A stretch of DNA of 64,000 nucleotides, taken from the NCBI RefSeq assembly GCF_000737315.1, contig NZ_JMCB01000013.1:124001-188000 (forward strand), given 5' to 3'. The DNA comes from Hyalangium minutum. Its GTDB lineage: Bacteria; Myxococcota; Myxococcia; Myxococcales; Myxococcaceae. Shown in pieces: positions 9,170-18,688 of this stretch (positions are counted from its first letter, which is position 1; every line of letters begins with the position of its first letter). Below the pieces are notes generated by a model, which saw nothing but the letters and a program-made list of their open reading frames with translations, did not search any database and was not told the DNA's origin. The translations under genes were made by a program, and so were the position numbers.

Positions 9170-9775
9170 ATGAAGGTGTCGAGAGAGCAGGCGGAGGCGA
9201 ACCGCGCCCGCATCATCGAAGTGGCCGGAGAACTCTTCCGCGAGAAGGGGTTCGACGGCATCGGGGTGGCCGATCTGATGAAGGCGGCCGGCCTGACGCA
9301 CGGAGGCTTCTACGGTCACTTCAAGTCAAAGGATGACCTCGCCGCGCAGGCCTGCGAGCAAGCGATGGCCGGGACCCTCAAGAAATGGAACAAGTACGTC
9401 GCCGAGTCTTCGGATGAGCCGCTGGCCTTGTTGGTCTCCCAGTACCTGTCGACGCGGCACCGCGACAACCCGAGCAAGGGCTGCCTCTTCGCGAGCCTTG
9501 GGGGGGAGACGGTTCGTCAAAGCTCCACGGTGCGCCGCACGGTCACGGCCGGGCTTCGCTCCATGATCGATCTGCTGACCGGCCTCGTTCCAGGACGGTC
9601 CAAGGCAGCGCGGCGCGAGAAGGCCATCGCCACCATGTCTGGGATGGTGGGAGCGCTGGTTCTCGCCCGCGCGGTGGACGACAACGCCTTGTCCGAGGAA
9701 ATCCTGCGAGCAGCTGTCGCCACATTCGGTCAGAAGCAGACAGCGCGCGCGGAGGAAGAGGCAGGTGCCAGCTGA
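9170..9775 (+). CDS. TetR/AcrR family transcriptional regulator
   Basis: N-terminal HTH AGELFREKGFDGIGVADLMKAAGLTHGGFYGHFKSK; real start ATG 9170. Confidence 0.92.
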   Translation: MKVSREQAEANRARIIEVAGELFREKGFDGIGVADLMKAAGLTHGGFYGHFKSKDDLAAQACEQAMAGTLKKWNKYVAESSDEPLALLVSQYLSTRHRDNPSKGCLFASLGGETVRQSSTVRRTVTAGLRSMIDLLTGLVPGRSKAARREKAIATMSGMVGALVLARAVDDNALSEEILRAAVATFGQKQTARAEEEAGAS

Positions 9776-9887
9776 TGAAGTGAGGGGCGACTGCCGTGAG
9801 AGTCGCGGTCACCCAGGCGTTCGGTTATGGGGCACGAGTCAACGCCCTCATGCCTGAAGGCGAGGGCCCTCGCTGGGAGTGGTCATC

Positions 9888-10658
9888 ATGGACAAGGTCA
9901 TCGTCATCACGGGAGCGAGCTCGGGCATTGGTGCGGAGTTGGCGCGTCAGGCGGGAGAGAAGGGGGCGAAGCTGGTGCTGGCGGCGCGCCGTCAGCCGGA
10001 GCTGGAGGCGGTTGCGGCCCGCTCGGGGAAGGAGGCGATCGCCGTCGTCACCGATGCCACCCAGCGTGCGGACATGGAACGGCTGCGGGACGCCGCGCTG
10101 CAGCGCTTCGGCCGCATCGACGTCTGGGTGAACAACGCTGGGCGAGGCATCACCCGTCCGGTGTCGGAGCTCACGGACGAGGACCTCGACGTCATGATGC
10201 GGGACAACGTGAAGAGCGCGCTCTACGGCATGCAGGTGGTGCTGCCGCACTTCAAGGCGCGCAACGCGGGGCAGATCCTGAACGTGTCGAGCGGGTTGGC
10301 GCGGCTACCGCTGGCGCCCTTCCGCTCGGCGTACAGCGCGGCCAAGCACGCGCTCAACGGGCTCACCGCGTGTCTGCGCTTGGAGCTGAAGCAGTCGCAC
10401 CCGGGCATCATGGTGAGCGTGGTGATGCCGGGAGTGGTGGCCACGGAGTTCGGCAGCAACGCGCTGGGAGGCGGCCCTGACTCCCGCACGCTGCCCGGGG
10501 CGCAGAGCGTCGAGGACGCCACGAAGGTCATCCTCGACGTCATCGAGAACCCGCAGCCCGAAGCCTACACGCAGCCTCAGATGAAGGCGGACGTCGAGCG
10601 CTACTACCACGATGTCGCGGCCTTCGAGGCGGAGCTCAGCGCTCGCTTCCGGCGCTGA
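9888..10658 (+). CDS. Short-chain dehydrogenase/reductase (SDR)
   Basis: TGASSGIG, VNNAG, NVSS and YSAAK catalytic motif. Confidence 0.92.
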   Translation: MDKVIVITGASSGIGAELARQAGEKGAKLVLAARRQPELEAVAARSGKEAIAVVTDATQRADMERLRDAALQRFGRIDVWVNNAGRGITRPVSELTDEDLDVMMRDNVKSALYGMQVVLPHFKARNAGQILNVSSGLARLPLAPFRSAYSAAKHALNGLTACLRLELKQSHPGIMVSVVMPGVVATEFGSNALGGGPDSRTLPGAQSVEDATKVILDVIENPQPEAYTQPQMKADVERYYHDVAAFEAELSARFRR

Positions 10659-10774
10659 GGCGAAGGCACCAGCGGCCCTACGTGCAAGGTGAGAATCGCG
10701 AGGAGGACCCTTGAGGTCCACTCACCCCGCGTGGCTTTTCCCCTGTCAGACCTTCGGGATAGACCGGAGGCTGC

Positions 10775-10984
10775 ATGGGCCACAAGAAGCCACGCCCCCC
10801 GATGGATGTCCCCACGATGTCCGAGGCCGCGCAGTCGCTCTTCGAGGAGCGCGCGGCCATCCGGGAGTTCCTGGGCGGCATGCCGCGCGTGGAGGCCGAG
10901 GCCGCCGCTCGCGAAGACGTGCAGCGGATCCTGGCTGCGGACCGTGCTGCCGCCACCGCCTGGCGCGAGCGCATCAAGTCCTGA
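10775..10984 (+). CDS. Small hypothetical protein with an FEERAAI.E..GG..R.EAE motif
   Basis: 69-aa ORF; SD GGAGG upstream. Confidence 0.6.
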   Translation: MGHKKPRPPMDVPTMSEAAQSLFEERAAIREFLGGMPRVEAEAAAREDVQRILAADRAAATAWRERIKS

Positions 10985-11003
10985 ACTGGCGCCATGAATG
11001 ACG

Positions 11004-11033
11004 AAAGCCATCCCCGCGCCAAGCGAGGATGGC
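11004..11033 (-). terminator. Probable intrinsic terminator between convergent genes
   Basis: Hairpin GCCATCC-C-CGC / GCG-A-GGATGGC with a short T run on the minus strand. Confidence 0.5.
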
Positions 11034-11065
11034 CTCCTGTGCGGCTGTGCGGGCGGCGCGTCTCT

Positions 11066-11743
11066 TTAGAAGACGACGGGGAAGTTGAGGCGCTTGGCGT
11101 GCGGGGCCTTCTCGCCGTCGAGCTTCTCCTTGCCGATCTCGTACGAGGCCGCATCCTGGCGGATGTTCACCATCTGCTCCTCGATGAAGTCCACTTCACC
11201 ATCGGCCTTGGCGTCGGCGACGGTCTGGGCGATGTCGGCCTGGTCCGTGAGCAGCGTGTTGGCCTCGGCGCCGGTGAGGGAGCCGTTCCGCACGCCCTGG
11301 GCAATCTGGCCAATCTGCGAGGCCTGCGCCTTGGCCGTGGGGTCACCGGCCGTGCCGCGCGCTCGGTTATGGGTGGCCGCGAACGCGTCGAGCCCCGCCT
11401 GGGTCTGCAGGCGGCGGATGTTGGCGGCCTCCTTCGCGGTGATCACGCCGTCGGCGCCAGCGCGGGCGGTGGTCCCGGCGATCTTCGCCTGCTGGCTCAG
11501 GAGCTTCGAGGCCTCCTTCTCGGTCAGGGCGCCGCTCTTGAGCCCCTTCTGGATGGTGTCGAGCTGGCTGCCCTGGGTGTTGGCCAGCTGCTGCGAGCGC
11601 ACCGGCGTGAGGAACTTGTCCAGCGTGCCCGGCTTCGGCGGAGGAAGCGGCAGCGGCACAGGACGGGGCAGGGTGGGCGACGGCAGCGTCGGCTGGCTGG
11701 GGGTGAGGATGGGACCCGCGACGGAGGAGTTGATCTTGGTCAT
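11066..11743 (-). CDS. Hypothetical protein with a Pro-rich N-terminus and internal G.LT..EA..L..Q..I helical repeats
   Basis: ATG 11743 MTKINSSV; repeats KSGALTEKEASKLLSQQAKI, GVITAKEAANIRRLQ and RNGSLTGAEANTLLTDQADI. Confidence 0.7.
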   Translation of the reverse strand: MTKINSSVAGPILTPSQPTLPSPTLPRPVPLPLPPPKPGTLDKFLTPVRSQQLANTQGSQLDTIQKGLKSGALTEKEASKLLSQQAKIAGTTARAGADGVITAKEAANIRRLQTQAGLDAFAATHNRARGTAGDPTAKAQASQIGQIAQGVRNGSLTGAEANTLLTDQADIAQTVADAKADGEVDFIEEQMVNIRQDAASYEIGKEKLDGEKAPHAKRLNFPVVF

Positions 11744-11937
11744 GGGAGCGATTTCCGGAAGTGAAGTGACATCGGGATTTTCGGGATTACTCCCAAGGAG
11801 TTGCGTCAGACGGGTCAAAATCTGCCCGGCCCGTGCTGAAGCCACCCCACGTTCTTCTGCCCTGGCTACGGACACCCAGCCGTCCGAGCGGCTTTCCCGG
11901 CATAGCGGCCCCGAGCCGCGTATATCCTCGGAGCCTC

Positions 11938-12684
11938 ATGGCCTACGACGACTTCAAGAGCCGCATCCGTGAGGGCTGGCAGCACACGCTCCACGGAATT
12001 CTGGCGCGTGCCCGCTCGCTCGGCGCGAAGGCTGTGCTGGCGTTCGACCTGGACTCCACGCTCTTCGACAACCGCCCCCGGCAGGCGCGCATCCTCCGGG
12101 AGTTCGGCTCGGCCCGAGGCCTGACCACCTTGGAGGCCTGCGGCGTCGCTCACTGGACCAGCGGGTGGGACATGAAGGTGGCCATGCGCAACTGCGGCTT
12201 GGCCGCCGAGCAAGTCGAGGCCCTCTACGCCGAGGCCCGTGCCTTCTGGGCGCAGCGCTTCTTCACCAGTGAGTACTGCCTGGATGACGTTGCCATCGAT
12301 GGCGCGGCGGCCTTCACGTACGCCGTGGTGGGCACGGGCGCCCAGCTCATCTACGTCACGGGGCGCCACGAGGGGATGCGCGAGGGCACGGTAGGGGCCA
12401 TGCGCCGCTGCGGCCTGGCGCTCCCGGGCGAGGGGGCCACTCACCTCATCATGAAGCCCGCCCTTCGCGACAACGACGACGCCTTCAAGCGCGACGCCCA
12501 CGCGCGGCTGGGCACGCTCGGCCAGGTGATTGCTGCCTTTGACAACGAGCCCACCCACGTCAATGACTACCTGCAGCGTTTCCCCGAGGCGACGGTCATT
12601 CACCTGGCAACGGACCACTCCGGCCGCCCGGTGCAGCTTTTGGAGGCCGTCGTCTCCATTCCTCACTTCACGGGTGGAACATGA
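11938..12684 (+). CDS. HAD-superfamily hydrolase (acid-phosphatase-like)
   Basis: Motif I FDLDSTLFD; motif II YVTGR; late AFDNEP. Confidence 0.8.
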   Translation: MAYDDFKSRIREGWQHTLHGILARARSLGAKAVLAFDLDSTLFDNRPRQARILREFGSARGLTTLEACGVAHWTSGWDMKVAMRNCGLAAEQVEALYAEARAFWAQRFFTSEYCLDDVAIDGAAAFTYAVVGTGAQLIYVTGRHEGMREGTVGAMRRCGLALPGEGATHLIMKPALRDNDDAFKRDAHARLGTLGQVIAAFDNEPTHVNDYLQRFPEATVIHLATDHSGRPVQLLEAVVSIPHFTGGT

Positions 12685-12803
12685 CGCGGTGCGCCTAAGC
12701 CATACTTTGACTTTGAAGTCCCACTGCCGCGCGCTATGAGGCGCACGGCGTTTCAAGCCCCGCTGGTACCTGGCGGGGGACCCTTTCAGGGAGGCAGCTC
12801 GCG

Positions 12804-13925
12804 GTGGCCAGCAAGTACTCGAAAGACCTGCTGTTGACGATGCACCGGAAGATGTACCTCATCCGCCGCTTCGAGGAGCGCACGGACCAGGCCTACAAGC
12901 AGCAGAAGATCGCCGGGTTCTGCCACCTCTACATCGGCCAGGAGGCCGTCGCGGTAGGCACCAATGAGGCGCTTCGTCCGGACGACTACATGCTCTCGGG
13001 CTACCGTGACCACGGTCAGCCGCTGGCCCGTGGCTCGGATGCGGGCATGGTGATGGCGGAGCTGTTCGGCCGCGGCACCGGCTACAGCAAGGGCAAGGGC
13101 GGCTCGATGCACATCTTCGACATCGAGCACCATTTCTACGGGGGCTACGGCATCGTCGGCGGGCAGATTCCGCTGGCCGCCGGCATGGCGTTCGCCAGCC
13201 GCTACCGCAACGAGGATCGCGTCACGGTGTGCTTCTTCGGCGACGCGGCGGCCAACCAGGGCGCCTTCCACGAGACGTTCAACATGGCGGTCAAGTGGAA
13301 GCTGCCGGTCATCTACATCTGCGAGAACAACCGCTACGGCATGGGCACGGCGATTGGCCGCGTGTCGGCGGAGCCGGAGATCTACAAGCGCGCGTCGGCC
13401 TACAAGATGCGCGGCGAGGCCGTGGACGGCATGGACTGCCTGAAGATGTACGAGGCGGTGAAGGACGCCGTCGAGTACTGCCGCGCGGGCAAGGGTCCCG
13501 TGCTGATGGAGGCGAACACGTACCGCTTCCGCGGCCACTCCGTGGTGGACCCCGCCGTTTACCGCTCCAAGGACGAGGTGGAGCACGAGCGCAAGAACGA
13601 TCCGATTCCGAAGCTCAAGGAGTACGCGATCAAGAACAAGCTCGCCACGGAGGCGGAGTTCGACGCCATCGACGAGGAGATCAAGGCCCAGGTGGACGCG
13701 GCGGTGAAGTTCGCCGACGAGTCGCCCGAGCCCAGCCTCGAGGAGCTGTGGCGCGACACCATCGTGGAGCCGGGCGAGGAGGACGTGCGCCCGCGCGAGC
13801 GCGTGCTCGGGACGAAGGTGAAGTGGCCTTCGTACCCCTCGGGGCAGGAGCTGAAGGTGACGTGGGATCTGGAGCCTCGCCAGCAGGCCGAGCGCGAGGA
13901 CAAGAAGGCCGGGCTGGCGCGCTAG
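12804..13925 (+). CDS. pdhA: Pyruvate dehydrogenase E1 alpha subunit
   Basis: GFCHLYIGQEA, GKGGSMH, TPP motif GDAAANQG...ENN and YRFRGHS. Confidence 0.97.
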   Translation: MASKYSKDLLLTMHRKMYLIRRFEERTDQAYKQQKIAGFCHLYIGQEAVAVGTNEALRPDDYMLSGYRDHGQPLARGSDAGMVMAELFGRGTGYSKGKGGSMHIFDIEHHFYGGYGIVGGQIPLAAGMAFASRYRNEDRVTVCFFGDAAANQGAFHETFNMAVKWKLPVIYICENNRYGMGTAIGRVSAEPEIYKRASAYKMRGEAVDGMDCLKMYEAVKDAVEYCRAGKGPVLMEANTYRFRGHSVVDPAVYRSKDEVEHERKNDPIPKLKEYAIKNKLATEAEFDAIDEEIKAQVDAAVKFADESPEPSLEELWRDTIVEPGEEDVRPRERVLGTKVKWPSYPSGQELKVTWDLEPRQQAEREDKKAGLAR

Positions 13926-13982
13926 CTGCGCGCCGTGCCTCAACCTCTTATTCACACACGAGCTGACGAGTCGGAGCCAACG

Positions 13983-14969
13983 ATGCCCGAGTTGATGTAC
14001 CGCGAGGCGCTGAACCAGGCGCTCGCCGAGGAGATGGAGCGCGACGCCAACGTCTTCCTCATTGGTGAGGAAGTGGGCCGCTACAACGGCGCGTTCAAGG
14101 TGTCCCAGGGGCTGCTGGATCGGTTTGGAAGCGCGCGCATCATCGACGCGCCCATCTCCGAGCTGGGCTTTGCCGGCCTGGGCGTGGGCGCGGCCATGGT
14201 GGGCCTGCGTCCCATCGTGGAGATGATGACGTGGAACTTCGCCATCCTGGCGATGGACCAGATCGTCAACAACGCGGCCAAGCTGCGGCACATGTCCGGA
14301 GGCCAGCTGCGCTGCCCGATCGTGTTCCGCGGCCCGGGTGGCGCGGGCGGCCGGCTCTCCAGCCAGCACAGCCAGGCACTCGAAGCCAACTACGCCCACT
14401 TCCCGGGCCTCAAGGTGATTGCCCCGGCCACGCCCGCGGACGCCAAGGGCATGCTCAAGTCGGCCATCCGCGATGACAACCCCGTCATCATGTTCGAGGG
14501 CGAGCGCCTCTACGCCATCAAGGGCGAGGTGCCCGAGGGCGAGCACGTCGTCCCCATCGGCAAGGCGGACGTGAAGCGCGAGGGCAAGGACGTCTCCATC
14601 ATCACCTGGAGCCGCATGTACTACTTCGCCGAGCAGGCCGCGCAGCAGCTGGAGCAGGAGGGCATCTCCGCGGAGATCCTCGACCTGCGCACGCTGCGGC
14701 CGCTCGACGAGGAGGCCATCCTGGCCACGGTGCGCAAGACGAACCGCGCCGTCATCGTGGAGGAGGGTTGGTCGCTGGCGGGCGTGGGCGCCTCGGTGGT
14801 GGACATCATCCAGTCCAAGGCGTTTGACGAGCTGGACGCGCCGGTGCAGCGCGTGACGGGACTGGACGTGAACATGTCCTACGCCACGAACCTGGAGAAC
14901 GCGACCCAGCCGGACGCCGCGAAGATCATCGCCGCGGTGAAGAAGGTCCTCTACCGAGAGGGAGCCTGA
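13983..14969 (+). CDS. pdhB: Pyruvate dehydrogenase E1 beta subunit
   Basis: GEEVGRYNGAFKVSQGL, DAPISELGF and SQHSQ motifs. Confidence 0.97.
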   Translation: MPELMYREALNQALAEEMERDANVFLIGEEVGRYNGAFKVSQGLLDRFGSARIIDAPISELGFAGLGVGAAMVGLRPIVEMMTWNFAILAMDQIVNNAAKLRHMSGGQLRCPIVFRGPGGAGGRLSSQHSQALEANYAHFPGLKVIAPATPADAKGMLKSAIRDDNPVIMFEGERLYAIKGEVPEGEHVVPIGKADVKREGKDVSIITWSRMYYFAEQAAQQLEQEGISAEILDLRTLRPLDEEAILATVRKTNRAVIVEEGWSLAGVGASVVDIIQSKAFDELDAPVQRVTGLDVNMSYATNLENATQPDAAKIIAAVKKVLYREGA

Positions 14970-14974
14970 GACGT

Positions 14975-16582
14975 ATGGCCAAGCCCATCGAGATGCCGTC
15001 GCTCTCCCCGACCATGACGGAGGGGAAGATCGTCAAGTGGCTCAAGAAGGTGGGGGACAAAGTCTCCTCCGGTGAGGCAGTCGCCGAGGTGGAGACCGAC
15101 AAGTCCAACCTCGAGATCGAAGCCTACGACGACGGCGTTCTGCTCCAGATTGCCGTGGCCGAAGGCCAGATGGCCAAGGTCGGTGCCCCCATCGCCTACC
15201 TGGGCGCCAAGGGCGAGAAGGTCGAGGCCGGTGCGGCCTCCGCGCCTGCTCCCGCCGCTCCGAAGGCTCCGGCCGCCGCGCCCGCTCCGGCTCCGGCTCC
15301 GGCAGCCCCGGCTGCTTCTGCTCCGGCCGCGGGCGGTGAGGGGATCCCGGTCCCCATGCCATCGCTCTCCCCGACGATGACCGAGGGGAAGATCATCAAG
15401 TGGCTCAAGAAGGTGGGCGACAAGGTGTCGTCCGGTGAGGCCATCGCCGAGGTGGAGACCGACAAGTCCAACCTCGAGATCGAGTCCTACGAGGACGGCA
15501 CGCTCGCGAAGATCGTCGTGGGCGAGAACCAGATGGCGAAGGTGGGCGCTCCCATCGCGTTCATCGCGGGCAAGGGCGGCAAGGCGGCGGCTTCCGCGCC
15601 TCAGGCCTCCGCACCCGCGCCTGCGGCGGCTCCTGCTCCTGCGGCTCCCAAGGCCGAGGCGCCCAAGGCTGCCGCGCCCGCAGCGGCTCCTGCGGCTTCG
15701 AAGGGTGGCCGTGTCCGGGCCAGCCCGCTCGCGAAGCGGATGGCGAAGGACCGGGGCATCGACCTGGCTGCGCTGCAGGGCTCGGGTCCGCTCGGCCGCG
15801 TCGTGAAGCGTGACATCGAGCAGGCGCTGGCTCAGGGCGTGCCCGCGAAGCAGGCTCCGGCGGCGGCTCCGGCCAAGGCGGCGCGTGCGGCTCCGGGCGT
15901 CCGGCCCGAGCCGCAGGTGGTGCCGATCTCGTCGATGCGCAAGGTGATCGCCCAGCGCATGAACGAGGTGAAGCCCGGCGTGCCCCACTTCTACCTGACG
16001 GTGGACGTGGAGATGGACGCGGCGATGAAGATCCGCGAGGAGGCCAAGGCACTGGAGTCCAAGGTCTCCGTCAACGACATCATCGTGAAGGCGGCGGCCA
16101 TCGCGCTGAAGCGCTACCCGAAGATCAACGTGTCTCTGCAGGGCGACAAGATCCTGCAGTACGCCACGGCGGACGTGGGTATCGCGGTGGCGCTGGAGGA
16201 GGGGCTCATCACGCCCATCATCCGGGATGCGGACCAGAAGGGCCTCTCGGCGATCTCCGCCGAGTCCCGCGAGCTGGCCGAGCGCGCCCGCAAGCGGGCC
16301 CTCAAGCCGGACGAGTACACCGGTGGCTCGCTCACGGTGAGCAACCTGGGCATGTACGGCATCGACCAGTTCGTGGCCGTCATCAACCCGCCGCAGGCTT
16401 CCATCCTCGCGGTGGGCGCGGTGGCGGACAAGCCGGTGGTGCGTGACGGGCAGATCCTCGTGCGGAAGATCCTCACGGTGACGCTCTCGTGCGATCACCG
16501 CGTGATCGACGGCGCCATCGGCGCGGAGTACCTGCGCGAGTTCAAGACGCTGCTCGAGCACCCGATGCGCCTGTTGTTCTAG
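14975..16582 (+). CDS. pdhC: Dihydrolipoamide acetyltransferase E2 with two lipoyl domains
   Basis: Two EVETDKS lipoyl motifs; Ala/Pro linkers; E3-binding RASPLAKRMA; catalytic DHRVIDG. Confidence 0.97.
   Translation: MAKPIEMPSLSPTMTEGKIVKWLKKVGDKVSSGEAVAEVETDKSNLEIEAYDDGVLLQIAVAEGQMAKVGAPIAYLGAKGEKVEAGAASAPAPAAPKAPAAAPAPAPAPAAPAASAPAAGGEGIPVPMPSLSPTMTEGKIIKWLKKVGDKVSSGEAIAEVETDKSNLEIESYEDGTLAKIVVGENQMAKVGAPIAFIAGKGGKAAASAPQASAPAPAAAPAPAAPKAEAPKAAAPAAAPAASKGGRVRASPLAKRMAKDRGIDLAALQGSGPLGRVVKRDIEQALAQGVPAKQAPAAAPAKAARAAPGVRPEPQVVPISSMRKVIAQRMNEVKPGVPHFYLTVDVEMDAAMKIREEAKALESKVSVNDIIVKAAAIALKRYPKINVSLQGDKILQYATADVGIAVALEEGLITPIIRDADQKGLSAISAESRELAERARKRALKPDEYTGGSLTVSNLGMYGIDQFVAVINPPQASILAVGAVADKPVVRDGQILVRKILTVTLSCDHRVIDGAIGAEYLREFKTLLEHPMRLLF
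14993..15490 (+). repeat. Intragenic duplication of the lipoyl-domain coding sequence
   Basis: Near-identical ~135-bp segments starting at 14993 and 15356 (ATGCC.TCGCTCTCCCCGAC.ATGAC.GAGGGGAAGATC...). Confidence 0.9.
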
Positions 16583-16648
16583 TCCCGAAGCAGGGCCGCC
16601 ATGCTCACGCGCGTGGCGGCCCGGCTGGGCCCGGTGCTTCTCAGCAAC

Positions 16649-16870
16649 TCAGCTCCGGGTCTCTTCGTCTTCCTCGTCGATGTCGCGCTCGAGACGGCGC
16701 TGGGCCTCGGTGACGTCGGCCTGCACTTCGCGCGGCGTGCCGGTGGGCAGCTCCTCCTCGTGCTCCTTCGAACGGCCCTGGATGCCAGGCCATGGCTCCG
16801 GCCGGGTCGCCTGGACGTGATCGATGTGCTCCACGTAGCCCTTGTCCTTCTTGTCCTTCTTCTCCATCAC
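16649..16870 (-). CDS. Small charged hypothetical protein
   Basis: 73-aa ORF; SD-like GGAGG upstream on the minus strand. Confidence 0.55.
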   Translation of the reverse strand: MMEKKDKKDKGYVEHIDHVQATRPEPWPGIQGRSKEHEEELPTGTPREVQADVTEAQRRLERDIDEEDEETRS

Positions 16871-17018
16871 CGCCTCCTTCCACGTGTCCGTAGAGATACG
16901 GTGAGGTGGGAAGGTGGGGTAGCAACGGGACTGCCGGTGGAGGGCTTGCTGGGTTGCCTGCTCTCCGGGCGATGAAAAAAGCCCGCAATCGAGCCGTCAC
17001 CTGCTTAACTTCTCCTCA

Positions 17019-17324
17019 ATGAACGACGACATGACACGGGCCCGGTCCACCGAAGGCGATGGTGGGTTGGGGGCACGTGCGAAGCCGGCCCCTTCGCTCG
17101 CATCCTCGCTGCGGCAGGCGCTCCAGGGCGCGGTGTTCCCGCTCTCGCGGGAGCATCTGGTTCTGGTGGCCCGAGAGAACGCCGCTCCCGCCGAGCTCCT
17201 CACGCTGATGTCGGGGCTGCCCAGTGGCGAGTTCCGCTCTCTCGAGGCTGTGGAGTTCTCGCTCGAGGGCGCCGTGCAGCACAGGGCCCGTGCGCTGCAC
17301 GAGTCCGGTAGCAACGAGCGCTGA
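17019..17324 (+). CDS. DUF2795-like small protein
   Basis: LQGAVFPLSREHLVLVARENAAPAELL...LPSGEFRSLEAV matches the L.G..FP..k..L...A pattern. Confidence 0.7.
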   Translation: MNDDMTRARSTEGDGGLGARAKPAPSLASSLRQALQGAVFPLSREHLVLVARENAAPAELLTLMSGLPSGEFRSLEAVEFSLEGAVQHRARALHESGSNER

Positions 17325-17530
17325 GGCGCTGCTGCTCCGCTCCTGAGCCAGCGGCCGTGCTTCGCACGGACCGTTTCGGCGGGGTACGCGGGGCTTGAGA
17401 CGCGGCGCGTCACGATCAGTGATCACTCCCGCGAGCATGTGAAGGGGAGGGGGATGCGCTGGCGGGTGGTAGCGGTATCCTGTCGTCATCCTCACCGGGT
17501 TACTCCTCCGCCCGGGCCGGAACCCCATCC

Positions 17531-18688
17531 ATGAGCCCGTACGATCTTCCCGCAGTCCTCTATTGTGACGACGACGCCCTGAACCTGAGGGTGTTTGACG
17601 CGAACTTCGGGCAACGCTTCCGCATCTTCCGCTGCTCCTCGCCCAACGAGGCGCTGGCGATGCTGGAGCAGCGGCGCGGAGAGATTGGCGTCGTCATCTC
17701 CGATCAGCGCATGCCCGGCATGAGCGGCGTGGAGCTGCTGGAGCGTGCGCGCACGCTGGCGCCCGACGCCAAGCGCATGCTCGTCACCGCCTACGCGGAC
17801 CTGCAGGCCGTGGTGGACGCGGTGAACCGCGGCCAGGTGACGCGCTACTTCGTCAAGCCGTGGGATCGCGCGGAGATGCTCGCGGCGCTCGAGGATGCGC
17901 TGAAGATCGCGCGCCTGGAGCTGAAGATCCGCGAGGTGGAGAGCCGGATGATGAAGGCCGAGCGTCTGGCCACGCTCGGGCAGGTGACGGCCGGCATTGC
18001 CCATGAGCTGATGGGCCCGGTGGGCTACCTCTCGCAGAACGTGGCCGCGCTGCGCCGCGACATCGATCAGGTCATCGAGTACGTGAACAAGCACCTGGCC
18101 CAGGATCCGGACCGGGGCGTATCGGAGACGGTGAAGGATCTGCCCTCGCTCATCGGGGACCTGGTGACGGGCACCGAGCACCTGCGGCAGGTGGCGCATG
18201 GGCTCAAGGCGCAGGCGCGCGGCGATGAGACGGAGCAGGCCGCGGAGATCTCCGAAGTGGTCTCCTTCGCCGTGAAGCTGGCGCGCGCCGAGGTTCGCGA
18301 TCGCGCCCGCCTGACGAGCAACGGCGATCCCGTGCGCGTGCTGTTCGGCCCGGTGAAGCTCTGCCAGGTGATCCTCAACCTCGTGGTGAACGCCGCTCAG
18401 GCCATGGAGGGCATTGGCCGGCAAGGGAAGATCGACGTGCGGTGGGCCACGCAGGACCACAACGTCATCATCACCGTGGCGGACAACGGTTGTGGCATCC
18501 CCGTCGAGCTGCAGGAGAAGGTGTTCCAGCCACTCTTCACCACCAAGCCGGTGGGTATCGGCACGGGCTTGGGGCTCTCCATCTGCCGCGAGCTGGTGAC
18601 GCAGTACGGCGGCAAGCTCAAGCTCTCCTCGGTGCCGGGGGAGGGGACGGAGATCGAGATTTCCCTCATCAAGGCGCCGATGCCTTGA
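17531..18688 (+). CDS. asgA: Hybrid receiver-histidine kinase, AsgA-like
   Basis: N-terminal REC (CDDD, SDQRMP, TAY, KPW) followed by H-box AHELMGP and N, G1, F, G2 boxes; no sensor or TM segment; 385 aa; architecture matches M. xanthus AsgA. Confidence 0.75.
   Translation: MSPYDLPAVLYCDDDALNLRVFDANFGQRFRIFRCSSPNEALAMLEQRRGEIGVVISDQRMPGMSGVELLERARTLAPDAKRMLVTAYADLQAVVDAVNRGQVTRYFVKPWDRAEMLAALEDALKIARLELKIREVESRMMKAERLATLGQVTAGIAHELMGPVGYLSQNVAALRRDIDQVIEYVNKHLAQDPDRGVSETVKDLPSLIGDLVTGTEHLRQVAHGLKAQARGDETEQAAEISEVVSFAVKLARAEVRDRARLTSNGDPVRVLFGPVKLCQVILNLVVNAAQAMEGIGRQGKIDVRWATQDHNVIITVADNGCGIPVELQEKVFQPLFTTKPVGIGTGLGLSICRELVTQYGGKLKLSSVPGEGTEIEISLIKAPMP

Noticed and set aside
15200-15900. Repetitive GCTCCGGC-type sequence as a possible repeat array or CRISPR
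   Set aside because: It encodes the Ala/Pro linkers of E2; there are no constant repeats with unique spacers and no cas genes.
12804-16582. PDH cluster lacking lpdA (E3)
   Set aside because: E3 is commonly encoded elsewhere and shared; not unusual.
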